From: the human T2T-CHM13v2.0 reference genome, Homo sapiens
Reading direction: 5' to 3' (one strand)
DNA: 64,000 bases
Assembly (NCBI RefSeq): GCF_009914755.1
Contig: NC_060925.1
The stretch's first letter is position 1, and each line of letters begins with the position of its first letter. The translations under genes and the position numbers were made by a program. This document shows, piece by piece, positions 14,306-28,836 of this stretch. The notes beneath the pieces are model-generated. The model was not told the DNA's origin. It worked only from the letters and a program-made list of their open reading frames with translations, and did no database searches.

Positions 14306-16091
14306 AGAATACCAAAGAAGGCCTACAGAGGAAGTCTAGAGGATGTGGAGAGGTCAAAGGAAACTTTGGGGACTGTGCTAAGTTGGAAGCTAAGAGGGTG
14401 TTTCAGGGAGAAACAGTCAACAATGTAGGAGGTTTCTCAGAGTAAGATGAACACCCAAAAGTGCCTTCTGGAATTGGCAATGTGAAGGTCATTCACAGTT
14501 GGTCCAGGGGTTTGAATGAGTGTGGGGAGCAGGCATCGACTAGAGTAGCTGGACAGTGAGGAAGGCAAGGTCATGGAGAACTTGAGCGTAGATGGCTATT
14601 CTGAAAAGTGTGGCTATGAAAAAGGGGAACAGAGGAAAGGGGCGGGTGAGAGGCTTGTTTTTGTACAGGGGTATGTTAAAGTTGGAAAAGCTTAGACATG
14701 TTTAAATGGTGATGAAATGGGTACGGGAAAAAGAGGAACATAAGAGTGTTCACTGAGGAATAAGCCCAGGCTGCAGGTTTGGCTCCGCTACTAACATCTG
14801 TTTGAACTTGAGTGGGTCTTTTCGTCTGTCTGGGCTGTGGCATCCTTCACTGTTAATTGCAGGGCTTCTCTCTCTCTCTGTGGTTTTCAAACTGTACCCC
14901 TCAAAGCTGTCTGAGTGCCCACATTTCAGCTTCAACCACAGAAACTTTACCTCTCTCTTATGTGTTTTTAATTAACTTAATTTTAGCAATTCAATGCATG
15001 CACATACTCTGGAAAAGCAAAATAGTAGTAAAAGAATTATGGTAAAAAGGAGCAACTTCTTCCAGCTCCACATCTGCCTACTCTCAGCCACCCTCAATTC
15101 TTGCGGATACTTTTCTCTAGTATTTATACCAATTTAGCTAAATTAAATTCTTATCTCAGTATTTCTTAAATATAGACATCCTCTGATTTCTATCTCACCC
15201 TACCCTTTCTTCCCCACCCCCAACACAATAATATCCCAATTTTTAGTTAATAGTGTTTGCATTATCATAAGCACACATATATTGTTCACTGACTCTGCCT
15301 CCTTTTGTGAAAAACCTGTCATTTCTCCTGCCAACAATATTTCCCTCTTTTGTCTCATTCATCTTGATTTCCATGTAATGATTGCTATTTTTTCCCCTAA
15401 ACGTTCTGCCACCTCAAAAGCCTATCACTATTTTCCCTGTTCTTGCTTAATCACAAGACTTCCTCAGAGAATCTCCTCCAGGAGCCTTCTGCGGTTCCCG
15501 GTCTGCAGCAGAGCACCCTGTTGATGCTGGGACCCACTTTCTCTCTTGCCCGTGTGGAGCTGGCCTGCTTCCAGCTGCCACGTCTTTTTCCTCCTTGGTC
15601 TACACCCTTGCTTTGGTGCAGCCTGTCCTCCAGTGGCTTGGGAGACACCGCTGTTGAGGACTGCATAGCTGAAAATGCCTTCAATCTACCTCCACCTTTG
15701 ATTGATAATTGATTGGTGATAGAATTCTGGCTGGAAAAAAAATTTTCCTTCAAAAATGTTAATGCGTTGTGCCATGATTGTCTAGCTTCCATTTTGGTTG
15801 TGGTGGTGTCTGATGAAATTACAATTTCCTATTTCTTGACCTTGTTTGTTTCATTTCTCTTGGGAGATTTTAGGTTTTCTCTTTATACCTTTATTTTACA
15901 AATAGGTGCCTTGTTGTGGTTCTTTCTTTATTCATTTTTTTGGTACTTGGTGGCCCCTTACATTATGAAGATTCATGTCTTTCAGTTCTGAGAAACTGTC
16001 TTGAATGATTTATTTTGTAATTTCCTCCACTTCATTTTTTCTGTTTGCTCCTTCTGGGGTTTTTAGTTTGATATTAGACTTTCTGGTTTAA

Positions 16092-16535
<444 letters not shown>

Positions 16536-17483
16536 TGTCTATTAATTTCTAAAATGTAGTTATATATTTAATTTCCAAGATTATATCCTTTTTAATAACC
16601 ATTTGTTCTTGTTTCATAGATACAATATCTTCTCTTATCTCTGCAAGGATATTATCTCTCTGCCACCCCACGCACATACCTATATAAATCCTTCCTGTCC
16701 TTTAGTCCTTCGGTTCAGCTCAAAATCCACATTTTTATGAGGACTTATCCAGTCAGCCCAACTCTCCACTGTAGCATCATTATATTCCACACCATCTATC
16801 TCCTATGTGAATATGTTAGGCTTGCATTGCCTCCTATGGAAGGATAAATGTTATCTCCCCAATTACACCTTCTCATGAGCAGGGGCTGCTCTTGAAAATT
16901 AAATGTAGGATACCAATATTTTAAAATGTAATAGAAGAGTTGGAATATAAAGTCAAGATAATCTCCCATAAAATAAGATAGAGAAAGCAAGAAGGAAAAA
17001 AGAAAATTAGAAGATCAAACCAAAAGATCCAATATCAAACTAAAAGAAGCACCAGAAAAACTGAAATAGAAAAAAACTAAATAGAAAAACTGAAGTGGAG
17101 GAAATTACAAAAGAAATAATTCATCTTAGTTTAAAAGAAAAGCTTCCTTAGCTTGAAAAGTTTACTTTTCTGTATCAGCCACAAGGCCTTGTCTAGAATT
17201 GTGGGAATGGCAAGTGCTAAACCAGTGTTTGTTGATATGAATTAAATGATAAGCCATCCTCATCCCTAAATGTGTGATATAACCAAATTTTAGAAATTCA
17301 TAGAAAAGTTAGAATATGAAGTCAAGACAGGCTATCCCAGCTAGGATTCTTTAAAGAGTACTAAGAACATAAGTATGTAAGTATTTGTCAAATAATATGA
17401 GTGCAGAACTTATAGATTTTTACCATTTTTTCTTTTACCATGTTTCTTTGAATAATTCTATTGAATAATTAAATATTCAGTAG

Positions 17484-17792
<309 letters not shown>

Positions 17793-18250
17793 AGTATTGC
17801 TTATTTTTATTAAGTCTTTCTTGAAGCTCTCAATTTAGATTTCATGGAAAAAAAGTTTTCGTTTCCCACTCATATTTCATTGGTTTATGAAATACTTAAT
17901 TAAACCGTGTAATTGAAATACCAAGAACAGCTAACTGGCACAAGCAGGATCAGAAGTAAATACATCTAATCTTTGTATGTGACTCAATCCATAGGAACAG
18001 AAGGACTTGAGTGTTCTGGAAGTAACCTGCCACCCTCTAGTCTTAAGCCTGCCAGCAGCATCAGTGAGCAGAAGGAATGAAGGGTGTTAGACTGTCCCGT
18101 CAGTAATGTGGGCGTCAGTCAAGAGAGTGTTGACTGTGCTCCATTTGTATACCAAGAAGAGGGAGGTCTCTGGCAGAAATGGATTCATGTTCATCATCTG
18201 TCTTGGGTTCCCTTGCAATCAAGGACGTACATGGGCCAGCCAGATCCTGA

Positions 18251-18565
<315 letters not shown>

Positions 18566-18575
18566 AATATTATGC

Positions 18576-18648
18576 TATTTTAAGACCGAAGACTGTGCGC
18601 TAATCTCTTAGCACTGAAGATTAGTGCATAGTCTTTGGTCTCAAAATA
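18576..18648 (+). ncRNA. MIR4671: Intronic pre-miRNA hairpin mir-4671 (5p ~18585-18606, 3p ~18621-18641)
   Basis: 73-nt hairpin with ~31-bp arms whose four differences are all transitions. The arms ACCGAAGACUGUGCGCUAAUCU and UUAGUGCAUAGUCUUUGGUCU match my recollection of miR-4671-5p/3p. Confidence 0.88.
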
Positions 18649-20457
18649 TCACAAAGCTCACCAGTCCAGGGGGCCAATTGTCTTGGTCTCATTAGAACCA
18701 AGACCTACCAACCTAAGCTGTGATCTCCTGGCCATGAGGCCTTAAAGGGCCAGCAGGACTCTGCCAGGCCTCAGAGTCTCACCTTTTTCATCTCCAGGAT
18801 GGGATCCCCACTCTCTCCCCATTTCCAGCAACTTGGGCCATCAATACCAAGCCATATCTGTGCCCTACCTCCCTTCTCCATCCCATCTACAATGATCAGG
18901 CTTTGGAGGAGTCAAATATGGATTTTCAAAGAGGAAGTAGGTTGCCCAGTTAGCCTTGGATGGCCCCTTCCAGAAGATGAATTGTTTTTCATGACAGTGA
19001 GCCAGGTGGAACTTGGAAATTCTGCTTGCATGATGTTCTTCTCTTAGAAAGGGAAACCTCTAAGTATAGTGGAGATAGATTGACATTAATGGCCAGAAAG
19101 AATATTTGTATTTTATTTTGGTCATACTCAATGGACCAGCATCACTTTGTAGCCACCATAATCACAAACATAAAGGAAGCCATCATTCACGGTCACTGCC
19201 CCTGGGGGAACAGACTGTTCTGCAAACAGGGGCTTGGGAAAACCCCATAGAAAATGTAGCTGGAATATTGTATGAAAATTACATGGCAAACAGAAATATC
19301 AGCCTCTCAGTTAGATGAGGGTTGCAGCTATATAAAGCCAAAATGGAATCAATTCAGTTGAATCGGTTTCATGATAAATTTAGTGAAGTGAATGTTTTAC
19401 CTGGCCCCGGTTTGTTCAGAAGCAACATAGGACTCTGTGTACAGAGAGAGGTGGCCAAACTGCACCAGACTCCACAAAACGGTAAGTGTGTTTCTCCTCT
19501 CTCAATATCCCAGGCTCTCATGCCTTTCTCTAAGGAGTTTTCCTGTTCCTGCTATGGACATCCCATAGTTGAGTCATGAACAAAGACAGATTTCCTTCTA
19601 GATTGATAGGAAGACTAGACAGTAAAATTAAATTTAAAATCTTACCCAATCCCCTTTGACTCTTGTTTTTAATTTTCCTCCTTTTTCTCTGCATTTTAAT
19701 ATTAAGTGGCACAGACCAGAGCTATTCCCCCAACCTAGTGCATTTGGTTTATTCTAGAGATGTCTTTTCTTTTGTTCTCGTGGCAGTTCATTTGGGACTG
19801 AGTCTATTTCTAGATCACTAGCAGGCTGACTCCCTTCCTGGCTGGCAGGCCATCCCCAGCTGTGGCAGTGCAGCACCATGTCCATGAGCCTGGACAGGGA
19901 CTTCCATGAAGCAGTGCCTCCTCACTTGTCCATCTCCTTGCCTAGCTCATCGGGCCCAACCCAGCAATGATCTTCACTCCCCAACAGTCAAGGAAAGAGG
20001 CAGCTGTCAACCAAGCCTTCTCAGTGGCCTTTCTCCACACCCGAGCTCCCCACGGCCTCCTCTACTTCCTTCTTCTGCATGTAGAAGACTGGCTTTAATT
20101 TTCTTAAAGATTTTTTGAACTATCTGTGATCCTTCCCCCTAGACTCTAGAACGGCATCAAAAGACTTTCTTCTACAGATGTTTCCTCATCTCATTCCCGC
20201 GTTAGACTCTGAACTTTTGGATCTGCTTATTCTTCCTGTGCTAGATAGTGTCTTAGAGAAGTGGGGCTTCCACATGGTGGAATAGGTACCCTAAAAATGG
20301 CCTCAGGGAGAAAATAGGTCACGAGTTAACACTATTTGTATCATAGCCAAAATGTATTAGATATACCCAAGAAGTGACTGCCCCTGCCTGATCACAAAGA
20401 TAATTCCAACTGAGGGCAACATTTTTTAAAACTATGTTTCAATGTGTTCTCTTAGAG

Positions 20458-20682
20458 CAAGCTTGTCCAACCCCCGTCCCACAGGCCACATGTGGTCCAG
20501 GCTGGCTTTGAATGAGGCCCAACACAAATTTGTAAACTTTCTTAAAACATTATGAGATTTTTTTTTTTGCGATTTCTTTTTGTAGCTCATCAGCTATCGT
20601 TAGTGTTAGTGTAGTTTGTATGTGGCCTAAGACAATTCTTTTTCTAATGTGACCCAGAAAAGCCAAAAGATTAGACACCCTG
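20458..20682 (-). mobile_element. MER30 hAT-Charlie MITE
   Basis: Ends caagcttgtccaacc...aaaagattagacaccctg match the MER30 consensus as recalled. Confidence 0.85.
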
Positions 20683-20686
20683 TCTT

Positions 20687-20842
20687 CCCCAGAGTATCCA
20701 TCCTCCTCCATTACCGTCCTTCTCCCACAACCCCCACCCCCAGAGTATCCATCCTCCTCCATTACCGTCCTTCTCCCACAACCCCCACCCCCAGAGTATC
20801 CATCCTCCTCCATTACCGTCCTTCTCCCACAACCCCCACCCC
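20687..20842 (+). repeat. 51-bp minisatellite, 3 essentially perfect copies
   Basis: agagtatcca recurs at 20691, 20742 and 20793. Confidence 0.97.
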
Positions 20843-21209
20843 AAAAAAGGTTTAGTGACCCCCTTCTCTTACTCAGCAAGTGACAGAATCCCTCAGTCAA
20901 TCACCATAGAATTAGGCCTTCGGGTCAGATAACACACCAACATTACCTTCTGTATAGAACCATAAATTCCAAGCTTAACATGAACAGAAGGAAGAATCTG
21001 TGACATTAGATCACTGTGCAACATTTGTTTCAGTGGACTAAAGCAATAGGTTGAAGGGCTTTAATAGAAAGATGTTTATTAAAAATAATAAATTTTAAAA
21101 CCCTGCCCCTTCCTATATTTGCTTAAAAAAAAAAAAACTTGCTATAGGAAATAAATGGTCTGTCTGAACCCAGGAAAATAATAACGATGCCTCTCTTTCC
21201 TTGTTTTAG

Positions 21210-21429
21210 GGAATGCTGTCGATTTTTTGGAGACAATGGCTTGACTTTGAAGGTGTTTTTTACCAAGGCAGCACCCTTTGGTGTTCTTTGGACACTCACA
21301 AACTACCTGTACTTACATGCAATAAAGAAAATAAACACTACGGATGTCTCCGTGTTGTTCTGCTGCAACAAAGCTTTTGTGTTCTTGCTCTCATGGATCG
21401 TTCTCAGGGACAGATTCATGGGAGTGAGG
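21210..21429 (+). CDS. SLC35F3: SLC35F3 internal coding exon (220 nt; ECCRFFGDNG...DRFMGVR)
   Basis: Polypyrimidine tract plus ttttag|G acceptor and AGG|gtaagt donor. The hydrophobic SLC35F/EamA-type sequence joins in frame (phase 0) to the next exon. Confidence 0.96.
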
Positions 21430-24400
21430 GTAAGTTCCTTATTATCTGTCTTCCTCCCTCACTCAGTCATGTCAACCAAAACCTGCCCATCGGCTTGCTT
21501 AGCTCCATGTGCTGGACCATGAGCATAAGCTGCTGACCACTTTCCTTCTGATTTGCAGCAGAAAATGAGCCCAGCAGAGGGCCCGGTTCTTGGTGTGCCT
21601 TGCCAACCTTCTTGCTTGCAAACCATACTAGACAAGCATTCATTAAAGCACCTTTCATTTCAAGCATTTCAACAAGCATTCCCTAAAGTGTGTGCCAGTC
21701 GGGGACCCAGCCTGGGAATGGCGATGTGCTCCGCTCTCTGCGTGCTCACCCCGTCTCTCATGGGCGGCTTTCCCGGCTGTAGGGCGTGGCATGACCGTGC
21801 CCTGCAGCCTGGAGCTTTCTGCTAACACTGCCACTCTCGGGTGAGGATGTGCGTGAAACCCAAAGGATCCTTCGGCATCCATGCGTGCATGCAGTCTTGG
21901 CCCTTTGCCTGGGCCTTGTGTACACAGCCAGAGTTGGCCAGACACACTCATGCTAAGTCCCAACTGTGAAGGGCCAGCTTCACTTCCTTCTAACCAATGA
22001 CGAAGGGGGAGTGAAATTATATCCCTTGAATTACCTCTCATTTTACAACCGAGACCCAGTCAATTACATTAGAAGCTAGTCAAAGTTAGCTCGTCGGATT
22101 TCATAACAACTGTATGAAATAGGACACGTGCACTATCAAATATCAGCTGAAATACAGAGAGATTCCCCCGAATAAAAGAAACAGGTGAAGTTTCAAAGCA
22201 CAGGGCAGAACCCTAGAGACTTCTGACTGGCTCCCTCTTGTGGCCAGGAGCTGTCACTGCCCCGTCATCACCTTGCTACAAACCAGCGCCGAGAGCATTT
22301 AGCCAGGCCGCTAGTTCTCCTGTAGTTAGTGTACAGCTTTCCCCTTCAGCCACAAAGCTAAGAGCCGGTTTGAGGGGCAGTCCCATGAAAGTAAACCCTG
22401 CTGGCCACCAGTGCAGGGCCCTCTACTTCCGTCCTTCCCTCATTGTCCTGGGAACAATGACATCACCCTAATGGTGCATTCACACCCACCTAAGTTACCC
22501 AAACAGCAGTGGGGACGTGAGTCAACTTCTGAGTTATATTTTTAGCTCGCAGTAGGGGGAAAATTTGTTTTGAGGCTTAATGTTAATTTTGGAATAAAAA
22601 CTCACTCTCTGTGCCACCAGAAAAGCTTTCAGCAAATAAATGATCTGATGCATCTCTGCAAGAAATGCAGATACTTCTCACAGTGAGCCACCCAGCAGGC
22701 TGCCTGACTCGATGCTGAAGATCTGAATGTCCTGGGCCCCCCTGCCACCCACCCATGTCCTTCCTGACTTTATTTTGATGTAAAGAGCCAGGAGAATTTA
22801 TGGAAATTTTTGGCATGACTCAGATGTCCCTAGAAAATTCCAAATGAGACCCTGTTCCTGGGAAGAGAAGCTTCAAGGTTAATTCTGCATCTAGCAGAAG
22901 AAACCCATTTTTTTTGAGGTTAAGAGAAGGAGGTGTGAAAAACTTGAAAAATACTCCTAAATTCATAGAAAGCAACATGATGCTTCTAGATCTTTACTGC
23001 TATGCATGGATAAGACCCCTCCAACCCCCCACCCAAGAGTCATCCTCAGAATATGGCACATTCCGGCCATGGTGGCCACTTGATTGGTTTGGTCTGTTGC
23101 TGATCACTGTGTACTGAGCAAAGTTTTGTGTTGAAGGCCTTTGGTACTAGACTGACACTGAATGAAGATCCCAGGAGCCAGTGTCGGTGATGGCATTGAT
23201 GGCATTTTGTAATTTGCAAAGCACTGTGCAGTTATGAGTCTCTCTAATAATCATTATTCCTCTCCGAAGTGCATGACCAGTCATCTAAGAGCTTCCTCCC
23301 ACAGGTTGTGTTGGAACTCCCTCTTCTCTTCTTCAGGAGTTCAGAGAGCTAGCAAAATCCATCATGAGACACTGCCATGTGCCAAAGGGACTGAGAGATT
23401 CTCCTTGATAAACAGATGGAGATTTAGTTCCAAGATAATATCTAACTGGTGCATGGGACCGCTCAGACTTCACTCAGACCTGGGTTGGCTGGCACTGTCC
23501 ATTAGGTAATTTCCAAAGACTGAAAAGAATTAACATAGTTCTCCATCCTGGAGGGCTGAGCATATGAGCTTGAGAGTCAAGCAGACATAAAAATCCATGT
23601 TGAAGGCACAGCCTTATGTTTGTGGAATTGGCTGCTAAGGAGACTTTTGTTATTAAGGCAATTATTCAAACCACAAGGGCCATGGTTCCTGGAAAACATC
23701 AATAGGTCGAAGTCATGTGCGCAGATCCAAAAGGAAGCAAACGTGTCTTATCATGCTGGGGAGATTCCTGGCCACGTATGGTATGAGAGGGTGAGAAGCC
23801 ATTGGAGTGTCTGTTTGGAAGGAGCCAAGGTGGCTCCTTGTGTCGCCATCTGACTCTCTGCTTAGGTGTGCTTTCTGTACGTTCCCTGGTTCTCCAGGTC
23901 AGGGTTCTAGCTCAGCGATGGAGATGTCCTAGGCTAGAGTCAAGTGACGAGGTCACAGATCTTGGCTCCATTGTTATAAGCTGTTTGGACCTTGAGCAGA
24001 CTAGTAAATGTCTCTGAGCCTCTGTTAAATGGAGAGAATATTACTACTCATCTTAGAAAACAGTTGTGAGAATAAGATGATGCATGCCTCACACATAAAA
24101 CTCAACAAATGGTATCTTTTCTCCATGGCATTATTCTTATTATTCCTTCTCAATTGGAGGGGGTTGATGGATCAGCCCAATTCTCTTGTTGGTGGATGAA
24201 CATTTAGAGAGGCAGTTTAATGTGGCAAAAGCAAGAGTAGGATGAGAGCAGGTAGAACCCTGGGCGCACACTGCCTGCTAGCTGCAGCCAGGCTGAGTGA
24301 GACCACCCCCAGCCTCCATGTCAAGGGAAATGGGAGGTGAGATTCTCCGATTGTTCAGGGCTGTTCGGGACCACCAATCACAGTGAGGGTCTTTAAACCA

Positions 24401-24939
24401 GGAGGGACGGGGGAAGGAGCCAGAAGGTGAGCTAAGAGGTCATCCATGGGGTCCTCAAACCCCAGCGGCACATTCCTGGGGATCATGGACCTTTTTCCAA
24501 GATCAGTTCGCATCTCAATCAGATTCCAGCTGATGTTTCCAATAATCAAAATGTTCACAGTGTTTCAAAAGGGGCCATCCATTCCCAAACAGTATCTGGT
24601 ATCTGGTCCTGACTCCCTGCTGTGTGGGGGGCTGCCCTCTGCAACCTGAGCCCAGCATGGGGGAAGACACAGTGGACAGGCAATGGTGGAGCTCACAGCC
24701 CAGGCCACTTTCTACTCTCGGACATAGAAGGTGTGGACTAGAGGATCCCCCAGTTCCCTCCAAACTCCAGTAATCCTTGAGTCAATGAGAGCAGGCCAGC
24801 AGCTGGGAGGGAAAGAGTTGGGGGAAGAATGATTAAAAATCAGTCCATTTTTCCCTTTTGTAAAATTGCCTGTAGCTGTGCAAATCTAAAAAGCTTCCAA
24901 ATGGGGTTCTGTTTGGCAGAGAACAGGCACCCCGCCACG

Positions 24940-25285
24940 TTTTGTTGTTTGTTTTTTTTAGGTTTTTTTGTTTGTTTGTTTGTTTGTTTGTTTTTGTTTT
25001 GCAGAGACAGGATCTCACTATGTCACCCAGGCTGGATTACAGTGGTGCTATCATAGCTCACTGCAGCCTCAACCTTCTGGGCTCAAGTGATCCTTTCACC
25101 TCAACCTCCTGAGTAGCTGGTAGTCAGGGGCATGCCACCACACCCAGCTAATTTTTTGCATATTTTGTAGAGACAGAGTCTCACCATGTTGCCCAGGCTG
25201 GTCTTGAACTTGTGGGCCCAAGAAATCTGCCCGCCTCAGCCTCCCAAAGCACTGGGATTACAGGTGTGAACCACCGCGCCAGGCC
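24940..25285 (-). mobile_element. AluJ with (TTTG)n tail
   Basis: Antisense Alu. Confidence 0.88.
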
Positions 25286-26571
25286 TTGCCACCTTCTAGC
25301 AAGACTAAGCAGGAGGAGCCCTAGTCTCAACAGTGATTAGACCTCACCTAGGGCACCACTAACCCTCCTCTCTCCTCTTTAAAGCTCAAAGGTTTCTGTT
25401 GCCTTCCCATTCAGCCCCACAGGGAGCAGGGAGCAGAACTGTCATGGAGATGAGTGGTGTGTCTGTGACTCAGGCCTGGGTGCGTGGGACTCAGATCTAG
25501 AGCTCTGGCAGCCGGGCAGGTTATGACAGTGGGTCACCATGCTGGATGAGGACAGGAAGATGCTAAGCAGTAATCCCCGGCCTGTGTTCCTTCCTTACCT
25601 CCAGCCAACTGTTCCCTAGACAAAGAAGAGGTGGTGGCTCTTACCCATCTCGGTCTTGGGCCACTGTGACCCATCAGTCTTTGTTTCAGGATTGTTCCGT
25701 GGGGAGCATTGAGGGCTGGGGGGGACAGGACAGTGTAAGGAAGGAGAGGCATGGGGAGGTCAGGGGAGCTCCGTTGTCATGATTCCACACCCACCCTTAG
25801 CACCTGTCCAGGGGCCCCAGTAGGGAGAAGATGTACATGGAGCACATGGAACCACAGGGCGGACTTGACTGGCCTTCCTAGAGAGTTTGTTTTAGTGCAG
25901 GAAATGGGCAGGAAAATATTGTCACATGAAAACCCAGAAACTCAGATGTGTCAGGGTGTCAAATGTAACATATGTGCATACTTTTTAAAAGATAGAACTG
26001 GAAACTTAACAGGAATTCCAGGCATCAGGAAGGAATCTTGAGCTCTGCTCCCAAAGGCACAGGGCACGTTCCAACCCTGCTGTGCTCCACAGGGTATTGA
26101 GAGTAAGGTAGGAACCCTAGTTCACATCCCAGCACATGGGTCCGGTCATAGCAGGGCTGCTGATGTCCAGAGAGTGGAAGGCCCACAGCCAGGGATGTCA
26201 ACACTGTGCCTTGTGGGCGGGACCCCCAGGAGAAGGCTGGGAGGTGTGGAGGAGGAGATCAGAGTCCCCCGCCTGCCTGTCAGAATGAACTGATGGGGTG
26301 GCACAGGCTCCTCTGATGTTTATCTCCTCAACAGACCAAAAGGTCAATGGCCAACCATGCTCTCATTTCCTACCCCCTTGTCCCTTCCCCCAGCTTAGCT
26401 GCACAGTGCAGCCCAGGCAGAAGCTTTTAGCTGTTTATTATTTAATCAATAGAGAACAGAGGAAGAGGTTGGAAATGTGCCCTGCAAGTCTTCAGAAAAA
26501 ATCACCCCTCACTGTCCTTCATTGCCTCCAACTTCAGCCGTAAGCCTGGAAAGGTAGCTCCAGGTAGCTCA

Positions 26572-26892
<321 letters not shown>

Positions 26893-27559
26893 AGCTATCT
26901 CCAAAGGGGAGATGCACCAAGCATCTGGAATTGGGCCATTTTCTTCTCTCTGTTCCTTTCTCCTGTATTTTCACTGGGAGTCCTCTGATGCCTGCCCGGT
27001 TTGGCGTGTTCCTGACAGCCCCCTTGCATTACATGTGTCCTCTGGAGCAGAAACCAACCCTTTCCCCACCTGCTTTCTCACTTTTCCCTTTTTTATTTTC
27101 TTGTGGGGAAAAATTCCCTTATGGTCTTGCTATCTCTGTTTCTTCTCTTAATGAACACTTCTACACAGTACATGTAGCATTTGAATATGAGATGTAGGCA
27201 TACATCTGATGCAAAACGGTGTGGCTGACTACAAGTGAATTCCCATACCAGAAAGAACACGCAGACAGATTGGGCCAGGCAGTGCTCTCTTACACGACAA
27301 CCACCTGCTCTCTCAATGCCTCTGCGTTAGGGGTGGATACAGTATTATATAGAAACATAGCGTATAAGGTATAACCTAAGAGAAGTACGTAACTCAGACA
27401 TACTGCATGAGATTAAGCCACATTATGTTTCACTAACCTAAACATCTTTTGTTTTAACTACTAAGGCAACCTCAATTTGAATCTAACAGTAGGTTGGCAG
27501 TACTTCCTATGTGAATCATGCATTCCTGTTTATATATGTAAGCACCAACTTTGCAATTA

Positions 27560-27750
27560 GGCAGACCTGAAATCTGACTGTGCTCTTCCACATACCAGCT
27601 GTGTGGGTTTGGGCAAGTTACTTAACCTCTGTGAGCCTAGGTTTTCATGTCTACAAAATGAGGTGAATGATAATATCTACTGTGAGGATAAAAGGAGAAA
27701 ATACATAGAAACATATATCCTACGACCACTCAGTTAACCTTAGCTATTTG
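27560..27750. mobile_element. MIR
   Basis: gggcaagttacttaacctctgtgagcct MIR core. Confidence 0.7.
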
Positions 27751-28710
27751 ATATTGTTTTAGACAGCTGAAGTTGACTTTGAATGATTCATAAGAGGGAT
27801 AAAATTCTCAGTAAATCCAGGAGTGGAAACTTCTGCACACATTTGTTCTACTGACGGCAACCCCCTCTCCACCTCCCACCTGGTGACATTTCTGCAGCTT
27901 CATGGCTACCTCAGATCAGTCCTTGTATTGATTCTCTGTGCTGGTGCATTTTCTCCTTTGAGGAATATTGTCCCAGATGGTTTATCTCCTATTTACTCTG
28001 GCAATTTCACTTTCCATGAGAGTAATATGTACATCTCCATGAAGCCTCCGTCCCATCTGAGAAGTCAGCATCAGGACAATAACAGGATTGAGGGGAGCCT
28101 TGGTGGGTAGGGTGGAGGGGCCTGTGGCCACGAAGGAAAGGAATAGCACCTCCAAGGTTAGGACATTATTTGTAGCCTTGATTGGCAGGTGACATTCTGT
28201 CAGGCCCCACTGCTGGGGTAGAAAATGGGGAAAAGATCTGCTGTCCTCCTGGTGGCTTCCCTGTTGAGATATGAAATACATAAAAGCAAGGTCACAGGAG
28301 GTACTTTCAGAAGGCTGGGGAAGAACTCAGGTCATCTCCAGGGGCTTCCCAGGGATTATCTACCAGGCTTGTCATGACCAAATAACCTGCCACTGCAACT
28401 ATGACCACCTCCTTCTCAGGTCCCTAAGAATCGCAGTGACTGGCCACCACCATGCCACCCATTCCCTGCTGCCAGCAGTTTCAGTTCTTTGGTCAAGCCA
28501 AGCTTTGCTAAGTGCCCTCTCTAAGCAGCAACAAAAATTTAGACAGGAGTCAGACTTTGCCTGTTGCTCTCCCAAGGAGGAACAAAAAGGAGACACCACT
28601 TTCCCCTCACGTGGCTGAACCCCACGCACATTTCCAGCTCTTTGGCGCTTGCATACTCCCTCTGACTCCGTCCCGACTTCCCTGACCAGCATTTTCTTCC
28701 GTCTGTCCAG

Positions 28711-28836
28711 ATTGTGGCCGCCATCCTCGCCATCGCTGGCATTGTGATGATGACCTACGCTGATGGCTTCCACAGCCACTCCGTCATCGGCATCGCACTG
28801 GTGGTGGCCTCAGCATCGATGTCTGCCCTCTACAAG
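28711..28836 (+). CDS. SLC35F3: SLC35F3 coding exon (126 nt; IVAAILAIAG...SALYK)
   Basis: ctgtccag|ATT acceptor, AAG|gtacgc donor, phase 0-0, two TM-like segments, CpG-retaining codon usage. Confidence 0.96.

Larger units (their letters stand above)
12560..14750. mobile_element. L2 remnant, interrupted by the 5S-L1PA insertion
   Basis: L2-like purine-rich motifs on both sides of the L1. Confidence 0.55.

Noticed and set aside
19868-19900. REST site (CAGCACC...GGACAG)
   Set aside because: The half-sites are 14 nt apart rather than the canonical 2.
20687-20842. 51-bp repeats as a CRISPR array or as a repetitive protein (ORFs 20550-20900 and 20649-20855)
   Set aside because: There are no unique spacers, and the ORFs exist only because the unit length is a multiple of 3.
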